Below are positions 61,488-64,000 of a DNA stretch of 64,000 nt, piece after piece. The notes under the pieces were generated by a model. That model saw nothing but the letters and a program-made list of their open reading frames with translations. It did no database searches and had not been told where the DNA came from. A program made the position numbers and the translations under genes. The DNA comes from Lama guanicoe (Eukaryota), in assembly GCA_013239625.1 (NCBI GenBank), contig MU055594.1, positions 16,062,445 to 16,126,444 on the forward strand, written 5' to 3'. How positions within the stretch are numbered: position 1 is the stretch's first letter; every line of letters begins with the position of its first letter.

Positions 61488-62011
61488 GGAGGGGAAGTAA
61501 CAGGATGAGAGCAAGCCTCTAGGGGGACCAGTGGATGAGTGATGCCCTAAACCATCAGTTAAACATGAAGTCTTGGATTTATTTGTGAACGGAGGGGAAG
61601 TAACAGGATGAGAGCAAGCCTCCAGGGGGACCAGTGGATGAGTCAGCTGGGAATTGGGGAGAGGGTACAGAGGGAGGGGCGAGGCCTGGGAAGGAAGGCT
61701 AGCAGTAATCCTAGGGAAGGATGGACAGGAACAGGAAAAGAGAGAAAGCCTGGATGCTCGAGAAATTCCATAGGAGGAGGCCGGAATTGGCAGTTAGGTC
61801 TCTGGAAGGGAGAGAGAAGAATAAAAAGATTGGCCAGTTTAGAGCCTGTGGGACTGGAGGAACACGGTTTCCTAAGACCCTAGACCCCAAGGAGCCAGAT
61901 CTTTTATCTTTTCCTCATCCGAATTCACTCTCCTAGCCCTGTAGCAACAGAGAAGACCTTCGTGATGCCCTAAACCATCAGTTAAACATGAAGTCTTGGA
62001 TTTATTTGTGA
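61488..62011 (+). repeat. Complex local duplication A-B-A...B (53 bp and 50 bp units)
   Basis: A at 61488-61540 and 61591-61643 (1 mismatch); B at 61539-61588 and 61962-62011 (identical). Confidence 0.9.
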
Positions 62012-62062
62012 GAGTGTTTAATATCCGATGTGCAGAAGTTGGTAGATGTCCTTCCCACTTCC

Positions 62063-62106
62063 TATGCATGCACACGTGCGTGTGCGCACACACACACACA
62101 CACACA
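62063..62106. repeat. Alternating purine-pyrimidine tract ending in (CA)n
   Basis: tatgcatgcacacgtgcgtgtgcgcacacacacacacacacaca. Confidence 0.85.
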
Positions 62107-63699
62107 AAACACCAATCCTTGCTTCCAAGGGCCAGGGAAGCAGGGCACAAGCAGAGCGGCCTTTTGCCAAAGCAGAATCAGGAGACTTAATGGCCAAGGG
62201 AGTGAGTGTACAGGCTGGGGTGGTCCATGCAGACCTTTCCCAGGCCTCTCCTCCAATGTGGGTCCTCTTCTGTCATGTGTCTCTCAGCCCTGCAAGAGAC
62301 AAAGTACTCATTTGGCCCCTCTCAGCCCCACCTCGCTGTCCCCCAGCCACCACTGTGCTCTCTAAGCTCACCTGTCAAGGTTTGGAGCTGGTAACCGGAG
62401 TCATGGCCACAGTCCAGCCCGCTGGTCTGCAGCCACCGCCTCCGTTTCTGCCCATGCCAGGCTGCAGCCCAGAGGGCGCTGGCTGCTAGAAGCTTGCTGA
62501 GAAAGATGCAGGCCAGAAGGAAAAGGATGGAAGTGGGTGGGAAGGGGCTCTCCTCGTCTGAAAGGCTCCTTGGAGAAACAAAGAGGGCCTGTAGGAGGCA
62601 GACTGGAATCTGCGCTCAGAGAAGGAACGGGGAGACGCCAGGAGCTCCGGGGACTCAGATCGCCTCCCAACCCAGCGCACCCCCGGGTGAGGCTGTGTGG
62701 GGCTCGGGGAGCCTGCAGGCGGGAGGCCTGAGTTCCAGGCAGGGATCTGCCAGCTTAGTGCTTTTAAACAGTCACTTCCCTTGCTGAGCAGTTTCCTGCC
62801 TTACGGATTGGATGGTGTGGTACATGTGTGTGTGAGCGTTCGCACATGTGTGTTCCATGGTTATACTAACATTGTTTAAACACCAGTACATAGTCAAGAA
62901 CCAGTCAGAACTGATTCTGGTCCCACCAGGGAAGCAGGGAGCTGGGATTCCCAGTTTTGTACTGAAATACTAAAACTTTCATTGTTGCTAAATTGTGGGG
63001 ATGTCTGAGGGCTGCCGGGGAGGGGTGGGAGGTGGACCGTTCAGGAGTCTTGTAGCAGCAGCTATTCATGGGCTGTCAGGGAGGTACTGCGGCATTTTAC
63101 CAGCCGGCACACTGGCTGTTTGAAGGGGTGTTTAGACAAGATCATAAGTAGACCCTTTCACTTTCTGATCACCTTGGAATTTGTACTCCTGGGACCCCTA
63201 ACCCACCACCCCATGCCTGTGCTCTGCAGGGTAGAAGACTGCCCAGGGACCTTAGGAAAGACTTGTCACTATACCTGGAGATGCTATGCTCCACCTGGGT
63301 ACCCTCGAAGTTCTCAGACTCCTCGGGGATCCAGAGATCTCCAGGGTCCTGGTAATCAAGGGGGTCTGCGGGAGACAGAGCCTGTGAGCTTGAGGCCATC
63401 TGCCACAATGAATAAAACCTCTCTGGGCAGGGTGAGGCCCCCTGGGCTCTGGCCCTACACAGATCAAGCTGTTAACCTTTCTGAGTCTCATTTTGCTAAC
63501 CTGTAAAGTGGGGCAATTAGGAACACCTCCTTAATAATAGTGTTGCAGGATTCGGTGAGAGCATCCTGTATAGCTGCCCACTGCAGCTCCCACCCTCCCA
63601 TCACGCTGGGTCTTTGGGAAGACCAAATGGAATAATGTATGTCTTTGAAAGACCTGTGTGAACTGTCAAGCCGTCTACACCAGCTTAGGATTAGTGCTT

Positions 63700-63720
63700 T
63701 TATTATTATTATTATTATTA
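63700..63720. repeat. (TTA)7 microsatellite
   Basis: ttattattattattattatta. Confidence 0.85.
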
Positions 63721-64000
63721 CTTTCCTGCCACACTCCTGAGAGTTGGCTGAGCCTTAGACCCTGTAGAGCTGAAAATTTGTGTCTCCTTGTCCCCTACTC
63801 CCCTTTCCCACTTAGAAAAGTGGTGGAGATGGGGTTTGGGGTCTAGGACACGTGGTCTCCCCTACCCTCCCCACCTGAGACAAATGTTACTTTCGGCCTC
63901 CATTTCCATGATAAGGGAAAAGGAGAGAGTCAGAAAGTGGATATGTAACCCCAGATTTGCTCTTCTTTGGGACACAATCACATTCTGGAGACACAGGCAG

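Noticed and set aside
59000-64000. TREM2 exons expected by synteny
   Set aside because: No Ig-V, TM-lysine or TREM2-like peptide recognised; the gene probably lies beyond the window end.

Overview
Mammalian genomic window in the NFYA - ADCY10P1 - TREML1 syntenic block. No Alu, B1, BovB or canid SINE was recognised, so a laurasiatherian source is likely; camelid is a low-confidence guess. (1) 4848-11130 (+): 3' coding exons of NFYA, with two more exons apparently hidden in N gaps, and a 3'UTR to about 13.7 kb. (2) 14761-49013 (+): a paralog of soluble adenylyl cyclase (sAC/ADCY10) at the position of the human pseudogene ADCY10P1, starting in a CpG island. I could splice 32 coding exons by hand into one uninterrupted ORF of about 1635 aa: two cyclase domains, a STAND-type P-loop NTPase and a helical C-terminal region. 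Both catalytic metal-binding aspartates, both bicarbonate-binding residues and the C2 asparagine are replaced, while Walker A, Walker B and GxP are intact. The headline candidate is therefore an intact, catalytically dead pseudo-cyclase STAND protein rather than a pseudogene. The model needs one GC donor and has one ambiguous junction. (3) 58896-54554 (-): complete six-exon TREML1 with an apparent extra ITIM. The rest is old L1/L2/MIR/MER/MLT repeats, microsatellites and a few local duplications. Comparisons with human proteins use my recollection of those sequences and need an alignment to confirm.
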